Source of the DNA: Klebsormidium nitens
Taxonomy: Eukaryota; Plantae; Klebsormidiophyceae
Length of the DNA: 64,000 nt
Assembly (NCBI GenBank): GCA_000708835.1
Contig: DF237073.1
Span: 86,752-150,751, forward strand
Direction of reading: 5' to 3'
The notes beneath the pieces are model-generated. The model had not been told where the DNA came from. It did not search any database and saw only the letters and a list, made by a program, of their open reading frames with translations. The translations under genes were made by a program, and so were the position numbers. Positions 11,801 to 24,438 of this stretch are shown here, one piece after another (the stretch's first letter is position 1; each line of letters opens with the position of its first letter).

Positions 11801-14800
11801 CCGCGAACGCCTGGGGCGCAGCGCCCCCGCCCAGCCGACCTGACACAGCATCGTCATCCAAGCCCCCCCTGCCGGCGTGGCAAAGCGGGCCGGCGGGGCC
11901 GTCGAGCAACGGGGGGAGCAGCGCATCAACGTCGAGCGGGCTGCCAGCCGACGGGGGCGCTGCAGCGGAAGCGGAACGGCGGCGGCAGCAGAGCGAGCGG
12001 GACCGGGAGGCGGCGCGGGTGAGGGAGGAGGAGGCGCGGGCGGCGGCGGAACGGCAGGCGCGGGCGGAGGCGAAGATGCGGGCGGCAGCGGCGGAGGAAG
12101 AAGGTGAGGGGGGAGTGTGCGGTGGCATCTGCTACCGTTCAGCGGAAGAGTACTAGCGAATCTCGTTGTTGACAGGATCAATTTCACGGATCCTGAGGCT
12201 GAGATGTACCATTCAAACATTCACAAAGGAGGTAGTTTCAGTTCACTGCTGTGAACGGGGTTATTGTGTTCCTACTGGACTTCTACCTTGCTGCAGCAAA
12301 TATGAGTCCGATAAGCAGGCGCTCGTGCTCTGCGTGGAAAACAGACCGAATACCTGCTTTGCAGGTCTTCTTTGCTCGTGCATCTGTTCTGAAGAGTCGG
12401 CAACGGGGATGCTGGATTGCAATTTCGTAGTTGGAGAAACGACATGCAGAATGAGACAGGACCTTTTTTCAAAGGCGTCATCTGCGATCAAAACCTGGAC
12501 CTGTTGGGTCCTCGCGTTTTCATGTTGTCCTTTTCAAGCCGTTCGGTGAAAGTCCGCCAATCCTCTCGAAACGACGGTGCCTGAGCGGCGAGCTATTATC
12601 GATTCGTGCTTGTGCCGATTGTAGAAAACATTTGATTACCCATCTTTATTTGTCGATTTTTACAGAGCGTCGGAGGCTGGAGGAGGCCGCGGTCGAGCGG
12701 CGCCGGGCCGAGGAGCGCGCGGAGCGGGAGCGCCAGGTCCTGGAGAAGCTCAAGAAGGTCAGTGTGAACGGGCCCTCGGCGAACGGCGCCTCCGAGCCGA
12801 GCTCTTCGAGCGGTGTGAACGGACCGAAGAGCGCGGAATGGGAGCGCGAGGCGAATGCGCGCGCGGAAACGGAGCAGGCACAGCTGAAGGAGGAGCGCAT
12901 GCGGCTGTTCGACGGGAGCCGGCCGCTCGAGGTGGCGGTCAAGGAGACGGTGCAGAAGAACCTGGAGCTGTGCGCGGCGGCCATCAGTCATGTGAGTAAT
13001 GGCGGAGGGGTTGGTAGATTGAATCTCCCGTTGACTTTCTACTTGTTTCGAGTGCGCTTAGGAAGAGACGAGAGGTCTTTGTGGGGCCGGTTATAGTCCT
13101 TCTTGTAGTCGTAGCATTCAGGCTACGAGTGAACGTGCTGACCGGATGACTGCTGTGTGGGAGTCCGGTTCTGCTGATCAGTACCCTCAGGGCGTCGTAG
13201 AGCCTTCATAAAAGGTGTATCGATTTGTGGAGATTCTTTGACTTGTTTAGAATAAGAACAGGTTGATCAAAGCCGCTGCCCTGTTCTCAACAGCATACCG
13301 TATCACCACTTTCTTAAAAATTGTATCCGATGATTCTCTGAGTGAACCTGGTACTGTGGTGCAGATGCGGCAGGAGGCGCTGAAGAGCAAGAAGCTGGCG
13401 GAGGAGATGACGTCAGGTGACGCGCAGATGCAAGAGCTGAAGGAGGTCCGAGCGGAGAACCAGCGGTTGGCGCGGTCGCAGGTAAGCCACCTGGGGTGCG
13501 GTTTACCTTAAGACTCGGATCGGAGCTTCGGAAGGATGCGAAACCTGCGAATCTGTGGGTTGGGCGTTCCATGACCGCTTCAATTTGATTGATCTGACTA
13601 AACTTCGCGGCTGTTCGAAGGCGGCGATGAGCACTGATCTTAACTGGTCTTCTTGCCTGACCAGTCCTCTTTGTTCGTTGACCAGCTCATCACCGTCGAG
13701 GTCATCCTTGGAAACGGACAGTCGAAAGTCTCTGTTCTGACATGCGCACCTCGCACCGCCGCGAGAACTCACATCCTTATCCGCTTCTCCGCCTGGCGCA
13801 GACGGTCATGCAGCGGCGAATGGACGAGCTCCAGGCGCAGATGGACACCCTGCGGCAGAGCGTCGTGGACCTCCTCTCCGGCGGCCACGTGGCAGGCAGC
13901 CCCGCGCCGTCCCCCGTGCGCCCGCGCCCGCAGGAGGTGTATCTCATGGGCGGTTTCAACGGCACGGAGTGGTTGGGTTCGGTGGACCGTTACCGGCCGT
14001 CCCGGGACGAGTGGGAGGTGGTCGCGCCGATGTCCGCGAAGCGCTCGTACGCGGCGTCGGCGGTGCTCGACGGGATGGTGTACGTGTTCGGAGGCGGGGA
14101 GGGCCAGCTGTGGTACGACACGGGTGAGGGTCGGAGGACTTCTTTTGGGCCTTGTTGCGAAGTGCAGCATATGGAATAGGGGGTTTCTTGCTTTTGTTTC
14201 GGCAAAGCGGAAAGAGAGTACCGTCGTCTGGCGAAGTGAGATGCGTATACTCAGAATGAAAGTACGATCCCGAAGGGAAGCTGAGATTGTTCCAAAAATC
14301 GAAGTTGCTGCGCCGCTTCAAGGACCCCATTCACTGTCTCTACGTCAAGCAGACCCCAAACTTTCCATCTCAAAATTAACGGTTTTGAGATACACGTTAC
14401 TTTTTGAGAGCACCTCTCATCGCCCAGTGTTTCGTGTGAGCCTGCAAACTCCGCTACAATTGCAGCGATTCATACCCTCTCTGGCACCGTTCAAGCTGGT
14501 AATCTTTCTCTTCAAACCCACCAAGACCCGGTTACCAGATTCGCGGATCTTAATGTGCTGCTCCACTGCAGTTGAACGGTACGACCGTGCCAGCAACTCG
14601 TGGGCGACCCTCTCGAAGATGAAGATCAAGCGGGGCAGCCTTGGGGGCGCCGCCGTGCAGGGCAAGATCTACGCTGTCGGGGGGGGCAACGGTGTCAACA
14701 ACTTTGCTGACGTGGAAATGTACGACCCCGGCGCTGACAAGTGGCTCTCCGCGCCCCCCATGCTCGACAAGGTGCGTGACCAGCGGTCGCTTTTGCGTTT

Positions 14801-17279
14801 CCGAAGAGTGCTGGTTGCGAAGAGGAGAACGTGGGCTCGGAAGCCCTCCCCCTTGCTCAGCGCCCCTTCGATTCACGGTCGACAGTTTCTATTCGACCCA
14901 CTGTTCTGGGAAAGGAGAACGTGGGCTTTTGAAAAGCCTCCCACTGTTCTCAGTGCCCGTTCAATCGGGAGCTGAGCTTGGGGAATCGTTGCAGGCGTGT
15001 AGATGCCGTGGACGGTAGCTACTACTGGTTCCATAAGACCGAGTCTTTCCTCCCCGGCTTTTTCAAGTTACTCTTCTACTGCATCCGCCTCGAGGGTGAC
15101 ATCTGGAGAGCACGAAGAGCTACCCTTTTGCCGGATGTTCGTGAACATGAACGGACAGTCTGCCTTATAATCTCTACCATTTTGCGTGTGTCGCATTGCA
15201 TATCCAAGTGACGTGGTTGCACGGTCTGCTTGCAGCGCTTCTGTGTGGCGGCCGCGGAGATGCACAACTCGCTGTACGCGCTCGGAGGCTTCGACGGGCA
15301 GCAATACCTCCCGTAAGGCGCCTGCAGCTTGTGCTCGTAAATCCGATTGTACAATCTTAGCGCCTCGTTTCTGTCAGTTTCGTGGCCGCCTTAGCTGTCT
15401 CCCGCGTGCCGAGTCCTGCGCCGCAGCCATTGTTCTACTTGAGTAATTCCGAACAGTTTTGGCCGTTGTCTGTGTGAGACACTTTCTAGGCTAGCTGCGT
15501 AGGAAAGACCTCCTTAGTACTAAGCTTGATCATTTTTGACGCGCTGTGTTACGCTGGCTACTTGATTGCTTCGCATGTTCGGTTGTATTAATCTTCGTTC
15601 ACAACCCTCCACCCTCGAGCGGCTATATTCCTGAGACGTCGAGTATTTTAATGTTTCTCGTGTAAGCACGTCTTTCAACGTTTACTATCCTCTTCGCAGG
15701 ACCATGGAGCGGTTCGATCCTCGCGAGGGCTACTGGGTGCGCGCTCCGTCCATGTCGACCAAGCGGGGGAGCCTGTCCGCTGCAGTGTACAACAACAGCC
15801 TGTAAGCTGCGCGCTCCCTCTTTCTGCTGCAATTGCGAGGTTTCCACGAACTGACGCCTGACAAACTTTCCGGGTGCTGGTGCTCCTGGTGGTCCTCTCT
15901 CTGCTCTTTTCTGGAGCAGAATTGGTTCAAGTTTCGTTGTTGCGTTTCGTCATGCGATCGCCAGAAGTGATCACTTAGTGTGGACTTTTGAGCGGTTCAC
16001 TCAGCGGATCTGGTTGCTGTCTTCGACAGGTTCGCCTTGGGAGGCTTCGACGGGAACGTGTTCTTGAATACTGTGGAGACGTACGAGCCGCGCATGAACA
16101 AGTGGAAGCTGGTGAGTGGCCAAGGGTATATTGTCTTTACAACGTCGAGGGAGACGACTCAGATCAGATTAGTTCTTTCGATGCACTGGCGGTAGGCAGC
16201 CGAAGCTTTGACAGCCCTCTTGATTACATGGTGTGTCCTCTTCGTTCAACATCAATCTGTCCCCGGGACTAGCTTCCCGCTTCATCGTCCGTCTCTTTTC
16301 TGTTTGCTTTTTAAAGAGGATCCGTTCGCTTTCTCATTGATTCAAAAGAGTGCCCAGCGGTTTCATGTCGCGAAACTGGATGCTTACGGACTTGACGACT
16401 CGACTTCTGGGTCCACTTCTTCCAATTGACTGTTACGATAATATTGGCTGATGCTGAGAGGCGATTGGCTGATCCTAAAGCAGACGTCCGGGAAGCAGCT
16501 CCTGTACTCGTGTGGGTAGTCATAGACGGAAGGAGGGGAGACTGCTTGACAACAGAACTTCGTGTCGGAGGGAGGGTGGATCTTTGAGGAGCTTCCATCT
16601 TCGACCTAGTGGTTCCTTGTAAGGTATTTCAATAACCGTTAAGGAAATCGCAGCGAATCTATAGGAACTTCTTTAAACCGTTCGAGTCTTGGCACTAGGC
16701 TGGCCCACTCACTTGTTGCAAGAACTGGAGGCTTCCGACCGGTGCTGACACCAGTCGCCACTCCTTTTCGCTCCTTCAGGTCCCTCCTATGCACACGCAG
16801 CGTGCCTACGGCGCGTCGATGGTCGTCGACAACGCGCTCTACTTCATCGGCGGCCTCGACGGAGCACTGCACGTGGATTCGGTAAGCGCTCGCCGCTAAT
16901 TACGTTCCACATGCTTCTCCGGGTACACATCCTCACCAACGGTCTTTTGGTCGGTTCTTTCGACTTGCTGGTGTGGACTACAAACCAAATTTTTGTTCTG
17001 CCGTTTGTGCCACAGAAGCTTTGTTCCTGTCTGCGTGCCGCCTGGCGCCGCTCTTTGCTGTCACTCACTCTTTACGCCGTTTTCCGAGATTTTTCGGAAG
17101 CCGTTTGATTCATTTTCAAGGCGGATAACCATTTGTGGCGATGCACTGCTTGCATTTGATCAATTTGTCCGTTCTTCTTGCCACAGGTGGAGCGGTATAC
17201 GCCCGAGGCGGGGTGGCAAGTTGTGAAGACGCGGAGCAACTCCAGCAAACGAAGCTTCCTGGCCGTCGCCGTCTTGTAG
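8882..17279 (+). CDS. DCD-domain / coiled-coil / Kelch-repeat protein (~779 aa)
   Basis: 13 phase-consistent exons: 8882-9050, 10107-10288, 11259-11444, 11722-12103, 12666-12991, 13365-13481, 13802-14123, 14572-14771, 15236-15312, 15700-15801, 16030-16111, 16780-16881, 17187-17279. N-terminus MGAGRKTQT; DCD motif LGGVIFG..GLP..H..YV..I.PGMPLFLFNYSDRKLHGIFEA; C-terminal Kelch repeats (GG..G, VERYD, W....PM). Confidence 0.93.
10587..10760 (+). pseudogene. Frameshifted MFS transporter (ZIF/ZIFL-like) fragment inside DCD-Kelch intron 2
   Basis: One frame reads AILLLAWGLGSIIGPVVGG. After an apparent 1-nt deletion near 10641 the next frame reads MFARP...PLLRRCPYLLPCTLGSAVSLFA. This resembles the ZIFL/DHA1 segment AWGxGxIIGPxxGGxLAxP...FPYLLPC (recalled). 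Confidence 0.65.
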
Positions 17280-18551
17280 ACCGTTGCTAGAGCTCTCTGA
17301 TACATGTTCGAACGCGCTGTTCGGGAATGGTGTATGAGTCCAAAGATACGAAGAATATCTCTTGTAACTCGTCCACGTAGGTAGGGTGTTTCTGGAACAG
17401 AGCTGCTTTGCGCTAAAGTGGCACCGCCTTGTTGAACCCGAAACTCCACCTGGTGTTTGTGCGTGTAGATGCCGGATGTTGAATGCACGAGAATGATCAT
17501 TGTGTCTGTGTGGCAGCTCGATGGACTGCCTTGATTCCAGTGGCTCGCGATTTCCTCCTGATGTACCTCACTTTCGGCTCGTCCTGCGAAGCTGCGCCTT
17601 ATTGCAGACATGAGGTGGATTGCAGTGCCAGCTTCACTTGTCGACTGCCTTAAATTTGGATGAGGGCGCCGCCGCTTAGAAGCGTTACATCTGTCGAATG
17701 ATTGTGTTCGAGATGAACGCCGCATCTATTTATCCTGTGCATTTGACCGCACGGTCCTGATTCACTTCGATCAAGCTAGAAGCTATATGCGAGCTCTCCG
17801 AAACGAGTTTCGTCATGGACAAGGTGCATGTCGGCAAGCTTTTCAAGCGTTTGCACCACCATTATATTCATGCAAACCTAAAATCCTGCAGCGATCATGC
17901 ACAATGTTGATTCGATATTGCATGCAGATAAAAAGCTGTTCTAACAGCTATACCCCGACCAGCACGTTGCAATATCATGCTGTTGCAATGCGATATGAGC
18001 GGGACCACCTGCGATAAAGTACTCATCGAATACATATACACCTGGGCAAATATCTGGTCAGGCTCTGCGTACACCTTGTGATATAGCAACCCAGCTCCTC
18101 ATGCCTGGCGATCTACGTTCGCGAAGGCCGGGATGATTCAGTGCGTTGATGGCCTTTCGTTCTTCGAAGCACACACAGGCGCACTTGATGATTACGCCCT
18201 GATCAACAGGCGCGCAGCACTTTGAGTATTGACGTTCCGGTGATTGACATCGCTTACGGATGTGGGTCGCGCCTGTGAGACTATACGACGACTCACAGAC
18301 TTCGACTCTAGACATTACTGGGCACCTCCGCTAGGTAGCCCGCTACCGCTGAATGCTGAATTCAGCTAAAGTCTCGCTCCTGGTGACATAAAGAAGGTTC
18401 GACCGCGGGGCCAGAGATCGTTTTGCTCCACATGCTTGTTGCTGCTCACAGCGGAACCCTAGAGAAAACAGCAGCGCACTTGCTCTTCTCAGCCCTGAAC
18501 ACGTACCGGTTGTTATTCTTGTCGCTCTCAACGCAGAAGGGGCGCCAAAGC

Positions 18552-20323
18552 ATGGGGTCCTCAGATGTAGCGCCCGCGGAAGGAGAAGCCAGCATGCCGA
18601 AGGACTTGTCGCTGGCAATCTCCGTGCAGCAGAATCTCAAGCTGTGTGCCGCAGCAGTTGGTCAGGTGCGCGTACAGCTCTCTGAGGCGCGAAGCACAGG
18701 ATGATACAAAGAGGAACCTTTTGCAGCGGAGCTGGGTCTCCGTAGCTTGCCTCTCTGTTCCCTTACACCTTTCAATGGATCTCAGGCACGGTCGCAGATT
18801 GAAGACCGTTGTGCGCATGAGAGCTGAAAAGATCAACCGCGTTGTCCTTTTGAAACTCAGATTGGATTTGGCTCTCACCTCTGTTCAAAATGCAGATGTC
18901 TCTGTCCTATTTTAGCGCTTTGATACTGGTGTTAAAAGAATCTGCGAGGGACAGAAGATGGACTTGTATCATTTCTGAAACAGGATCATGCTTGACATGA
19001 GACTTGTGTTCTAAGGAATTCTGACCAGAGCATCCTCGTGCATGCCACATCTTACAAAGGAGGAGTTGTCCAAGCGTGCCAAATGCATAATCAGCGGCAG
19101 TAAAAGCAAACGGATCTGGGGCACTATTGCCTGGAACGACATAAAACTGACTCTGTATATGAAGAGAAGTTGCTTCTTGGAACCAGGCTGAATCGCAATC
19201 TTGAATGGTGTGCGCCTAATTGGTTGAAGGGCATACTCTTCAACCCTAATCAAGAGTTCTCCTAGCAGACCTCGTTCCTTGTATAAACCACGTTACTGCT
19301 TTCAACCACGCTCAATCACTTGGAAATCTCAACGAAGGTGTGCGCTTAATGACAGGGCTCAGTCTTGACAAGGGCTTCGTCCTGCGCATCTTTTGCAGAT
19401 GCGGCAGGAGGCGATCGCGCACCGCAAGCTGGCGGACGGGATGCCCTCGCGAGCGCACGAGCTGCGCGAGGCTCAGGCGGAAAACGAGCGGCTTAAGAGG
19501 ATACATGTGAGAACACAGTTCTGAGTGCCCTTCAGAAGCCCAGACTATCTTGACTCAGAAACTGAGTCCAGGATGGACGTGGGCGCTTTTCCCGATCCGG
19601 GAAGCCACTCAAAAGAGACGATGAACCAGAGTCACCGTAGTGCTTGCCGAGAAGCGTTGAGCAGGTTCGGCACTTCTTCATGATTTGTGGGCTCGAACCA
19701 TGAATCATCTCATCTTTTGAGGAAACCGTCGGAACAGCTCAATCTCTGACAGCGCGTCATTCGGAACTTTGAGACCTCAGATTTACGACAGTTACAGCAC
19801 TTGGAGACCTCAGATTTACGAAGTTACAGCGATTGAGTGGCAATGCTCAAGAAATCGCTCGTGAGGCGCATGAAGAACACGATGATCGTAGCTTGACCGA
19901 GCAGAGCAAGCACCTCTCTTCATTGTCGCTGACGTTGAATCCATGTCGCAGAGATCCCAACGGCTACATTTAACGCCTGACCTGCTGTCTCCTATATTGA
20001 CAGCCTTTTCCAGAAGTTCGCCCTGAAGCTCGTCTCTGCTGGTAGAACTCGCGTACGAGTTGCTCTCCAGACGTTTGCGCTGCGCACACTGGCTCTCCAA
20101 CAGGACGGTAGCAGTATGGTTCGATTCTGACCTGACAACCGAAACAGAATATTCTGCTCTGATTGTGCAGTAAGGTCGTCCGTCGTCTTGACAACCCGTT
20201 GTCTTCTTGCAGGACGCGACGCGTTGCCGGTTGCAGACGATGCAGGAGGAGATGGAGGAGCTTCAGCAGTTGACTCGGCTCCTGATCGCCTCGCGAACTG
20301 GCCAGGCGGGAGCAGAGTACTAG
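18552..20323 (+). CDS. Small coiled-coil protein (~110 aa) paralogous to the coiled-coil exons of the adjacent DCD-Kelch gene
   Basis: Exons 18552-18665, 19399-19506 and 20213-20323, all phase 0 with canonical GT-AG. Exon 1 ends VQQNLKLCAAAVGQ (DCD-Kelch: VQKNLELCAAAISH). Exon 2 shares 19 of 36 residues with DCD-Kelch exon 13365-13481. An acceptor at 18536 may add an upstream exon. Confidence 0.8.
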
Positions 20324-20868
20324 AGGACTGTTGAAATTAGCAGTCCAAGGAGCCTCATCCTTTATCCTTTGGGCCTGTACGTGCTCTTTGAAACGACAGC
20401 CATCTCACTCGATCAACCGTAAGTGGTCGGACGCAGGTGCTCTAAGGTCATGATCGTTGCACTCAACCGGACCGCGTATAATCAAAGCTGGACGCAAGCT
20501 AACAGATGCGGACCACGCCATGCGTAATATATATACGCAACAACCGCGGGTTGTTTAAGCATTTTGATCCGGATTTGTGGATATACGAGCCAGTGTGGCA
20601 TATGCGCGAGGACGCCACGGCATCATTTGTCCATACCCCATAGCCTACGCGCAAGTTCCCATTCCGATTCCACAAGATATTTTTCGTGCATGAGCGGCAT
20701 GCATAAGGATATTTCCAAAGGTGCGAGCGAATACTAAGAGCAAGCATTTGACAAGCAAAGTGCGTGGGCAGTCGCAAATTTGCGTGCAGTCGCTTGCATC
20801 CTAGTCATTCACGGACCAGACCAGTTTTAAGCAAAAAGTCAACTCTCTACTTGCGCGTTCACAGACAA

Positions 20869-23194
20869 TCAGAGTTCCCTGGTGTCTAGCTGTTCTTGCG
20901 TTCTCAGATCTTCCGGACAGACTGTATCCCAGGGGTACGGAAAACTCAGGGTCGCCGCGTCATGAGGGGTGTCCCACGTATCGTAGATGTACCTGCAAAC
21001 AAGGAAAAAAAGGTGACGTCAGGCTGGCCTGCTTTTGCAGAAGGCACGAACGTAGTTCGGTCCCATACTAACGTGAACATTCTTCAAACGAGCGCTGCAC
21101 TACAGCCCTGTGCAGATTCGCAGCCGAAGGCCCCTTTCTGCTGTCCAACTCGGCAATCGTTCGGGCGACCGTGCTCCATGCATAGGCTTTCAAGCGCCTA
21201 GTCGACGGCGCGAAGCCAAGAGAACACAGTTTTATGCAAGCACTTCAACCACTGAAGATTCTGAAGCACTCACACTCTGATGGGCGGCTTGGATATGATG
21301 ACAAGCACCGTCAAAGCCTCAGTCGGATGCAGATTCCGCACCTGCAGAACATGAGTTGAATTAGCCTTGGCCAGATCATGAATAATTTCGGGGAATCTGG
21401 AATTTTCAGTCAACTCATGTGCAACCTGGCTTCATACATTGTCCAAAACTCCTGAGAAGTGAAACAGACAGAAATAAGCGTCGCTTTCAACGGTTCTCGT
21501 GTCACTGGAGTGGTTTGCTTTTGATGGTTCAAAGCGATTCACAATAGCAATCGCCATACCTTTGGGGATGGAGTTGCTGGAGTTTCGATGATGGAAAGAC
21601 TTCTAAACGGTTGGGAACAAGCGGGGTGGCTTGACACGAGCTTCGCTAGGTGGATTGAAAACCAGCGGTTCTTCAGCGTTTCTTAGATGCAGTTTCTTAA
21701 CAGAAGAAGCTCGAACAATCGGTTGTCCCAATTCAGGCTTTGCAGACTCGGCATTCCGTGGACGATACCAACGGAGTCGCTGCACTTGTGGTGCCCAGCA
21801 ACCAAAAGCTCACCGTCTCCCTCCGAAAACCAGAAACCTGAGCAACTTTTCGAGTGGACGCCTTCCCTCTGATCGGAAGCAAAGCACGGGATCCGCAATA
21901 AAAGCGCGAGGAGCCCACATATAAGCTCTGGTACCCACCTGATGAACCGCATTGAGGGGGATCCGAAAGGTACTGTTGGCGGCCGCCCGGCTCCCAACCC
22001 GCGGCCCCGGCCTACCGCTCTCCTTTTCCCCGTCTACCTCCGCACGAAGGTACGCGGCTTCGCCTGCCTGGACGATAAAGACTTCCTCGCAGTCGTGGCG
22101 ATGGATGGGCGTTCCCGACCCGGGTGCAAAAGTTTGCAGCCAGACTTCCAACTGCGCCGAGGGGTGAACATCTTAGGTTAAGGCCATAGAATGGTTGACG
22201 CCATGGGTTTGAGGGCGGAGTAGTGTCGCCATGGGTCTGAAGGTGATCGTTAGAGCACCCATGCTAGCGTTAATTTATAGTCAGCCGTCCGCCCATCCCT
22301 GACAATACCCTCTAGACGCTTATCCAGGAAAAGTCTGGGGGGCAAAGATAATGAATGGTCTGACCGGAACAAACGCAGTATTCTGCAAGCTGCCCTAAGG
22401 TAAGACTTTGTGCCCGCACAATCTGGAGCAGGTTTGCGTCAGCTCTGGACTCGTGTTGGAAAACAATTTTAAATACGGAAAGCCACTAAGTCCCGGATTG
22501 CATGTAGATTTCTCAGCTTGGCTGTCCATCTCTTGGCCTGGCTGGTCCATTTCCTGCTATTAAAACTTCTCGTTTCATGTACCTGTCGATCGGCAGGGCT
22601 AGACCCAAAACAACCATAATAGTGAGGCACACCTCTTTCATGCTGTGATGCTTCGCCCCCCATATCGTCATGTGCGAGAGGCCGGGCCGCCCGTAGTTGT
22701 GCTGAGGCATCTCCCCCAACTTCTGAACGTGGGGCGCTGTAAAGAAGGGGTACAGTGAGAGACTCGATCAGATGTTTCAACTGGGACTTGACGGTCAACT
22801 CCAGCATGGGGGAAAGTACATAGCGGGGAGAAAGAAATGCTTTGCAGTGCTGTATACAATGTTCTGATGAATAGTAGTATGAGGCGGGGCGCGTAAAAAT
22901 GAAGCCTCATAGAAAAAGGTTTGAAACCTAGCAAAGCAATGCTAGGAAAAGCGCAAACCGGATGAAAACTTCGCAGAGGCTCGTTTTGTCCAAAATGGTG
23001 ACACCAAGAGGGCATAAACCGATTTGAAGCGTCCGTGGCAACCTCATACCACTTGCAAATCACTCACTTGCCCCTGCATCAGCGCACTCCTCCCAAGCAT
23101 GGCTGTAAGACGACGCAGCCAAAAGCCAGGCTAGCAGCGCACATCTCCTGCTCCAATGTAACCCAATGCTACCGTGCCCTGCTGAAATTGGCAT
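20869..23194 (-). CDS. ABP1: Auxin-binding protein 1 homolog (cupin, ~211 aa)
   Basis: Five exons: 23194-23068, 22736-22633, 22151-21939, 21341-21274, 20992-20869. Signal-peptide-like ALLAWLLAASSYSHA; MPQHNYGRPGLSH; EVWLQTFAPGSGTPIHRHDCEEVF (box A); NSTF.IP.N.VHQV (box B); IISKPP; FPYPWDTVC; C-terminus DTREL*. Confidence 0.93.
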
Positions 23195-23406
23195 CTTCCA
23201 GGCCCAATGTACTACTTTTCAGTGATTCGGAGCTCTCGCAACCCTTGATTACCCCGCTCTACTTGCAGCATTATGGCGAACTAAAGTCCCCGCGGGTTGG
23301 CAATGCGCTGTGGACACTGCCCTTGCGACTTGAACTTTGAAAAATCTATCGGCGCTTCCTATGCCTCCCTATGCTGCTACCATGAGTGTCACAAATGGTC
23401 GTAGCG

Positions 23407-24438
23407 CTACTCTTCTTTGATAACCCGTTCGACCGCCGACTGCCGGAGCTTTGCCTGCTGCTGCTCGTACTTGTGCTTTTCCCACAGGAGGGACCCCATG
23501 ATGACCACGAATAAAGTGGTGCCGACGGCAGCAACCTGCAAACAAAGCTTAGAAACGCTGGAGTAATCAGATTGTGCATTAATCTCAAGTTTTTCCGTCT
23601 CCAAAATCTGAGGTCCGATTAATGTAGAAGTAGGTAAGTTCAACTGAAAGTGGTGCCAAATACGAGATAGCAACTGAGGAACATAATGAGGACGATGAAG
23701 CACTCGAGCACTTCCGCCACATGTCCAATCACAACAAGTATCCAAACAGCGCAGGAGTATTGCAAGTTGGGTACACATAGGGGATTGCTCATTCCTCTAC
23801 AACCAACAGTAGTGCAGTCCTCTGGCGAAATGAGTAGATTTGGCGCAGGGCTCTGAGGGAAATGTGAAAAGCTGCGACCAAATAGGAGACCCATATGAAA
23901 ATTCTGGAAGCAGTCAATGCCGCACCATCATGTTTGGCTTCATATGGAGCTCCGGGTTCATCATTTTGAAGATGGGAGAGTTGCGCCGCCCCTGCGGATC
24001 ATCTCTTGGGTTCCACATCGTTGCTTGCCCCTTTTCCGAAGCTATAACGTGCTCTAAGCTTTATTTATCTTATCTCAAGAAAGACGGATCACCAAGTCCT
24101 GAAAAATGAAAGAAGTAATCACAATACAGTCAATCCATGTGCTTGCAGGCGCAATGCCCAGAAACCACCCTGGCTTATGCAATCGGTTTCTACAAAATCG
24201 GCATTGGGCATGGCGAACAGGGAGAGGAGAGAGAAAGGGAAAGAAGAGTCTGAAGCCGAGAAGTAAACTTGACTGTACAATACGCACTTTTAGCTTAACA
24301 GTACTAGGTAATACATATAGTAATATAATAATATAATATGTAATATAGTAATACATTACTATTACCGTACGAGACCCTATACCGGCTCACCTTAATTTCT
24401 GAGCGCTTATGTGCAATGCTGGGGCAAATATGGACCAT
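23407..24438 (-). CDS. Small single-pass membrane protein, SMIM8/DUF4500-like (~80 aa)
   Basis: Exons 24438-24391 (start tentative), 23991-23926, 23535-23407. Sequence IFKMMNPELHMKPNMMVAAVGTTLFVVIMGSLLW resembles SMIM8 FRxxNPELFIKPN followed by a TM helix (recalled). Confidence 0.65.
24310..24365. repeat. AT-rich low-complexity tract (TAATA-like units)
   Basis: Sequence ...atagtaatataataatataatatgtaatatagtaatacattactattac, within an intron of the SMIM8-like gene. Confidence 0.7.

Noticed and set aside
11634-12220. Long Pro/Ala-rich ORFs on both strands
   Set aside because: Shadow frames of the GC-rich DCD-Kelch exon 11722-12103.
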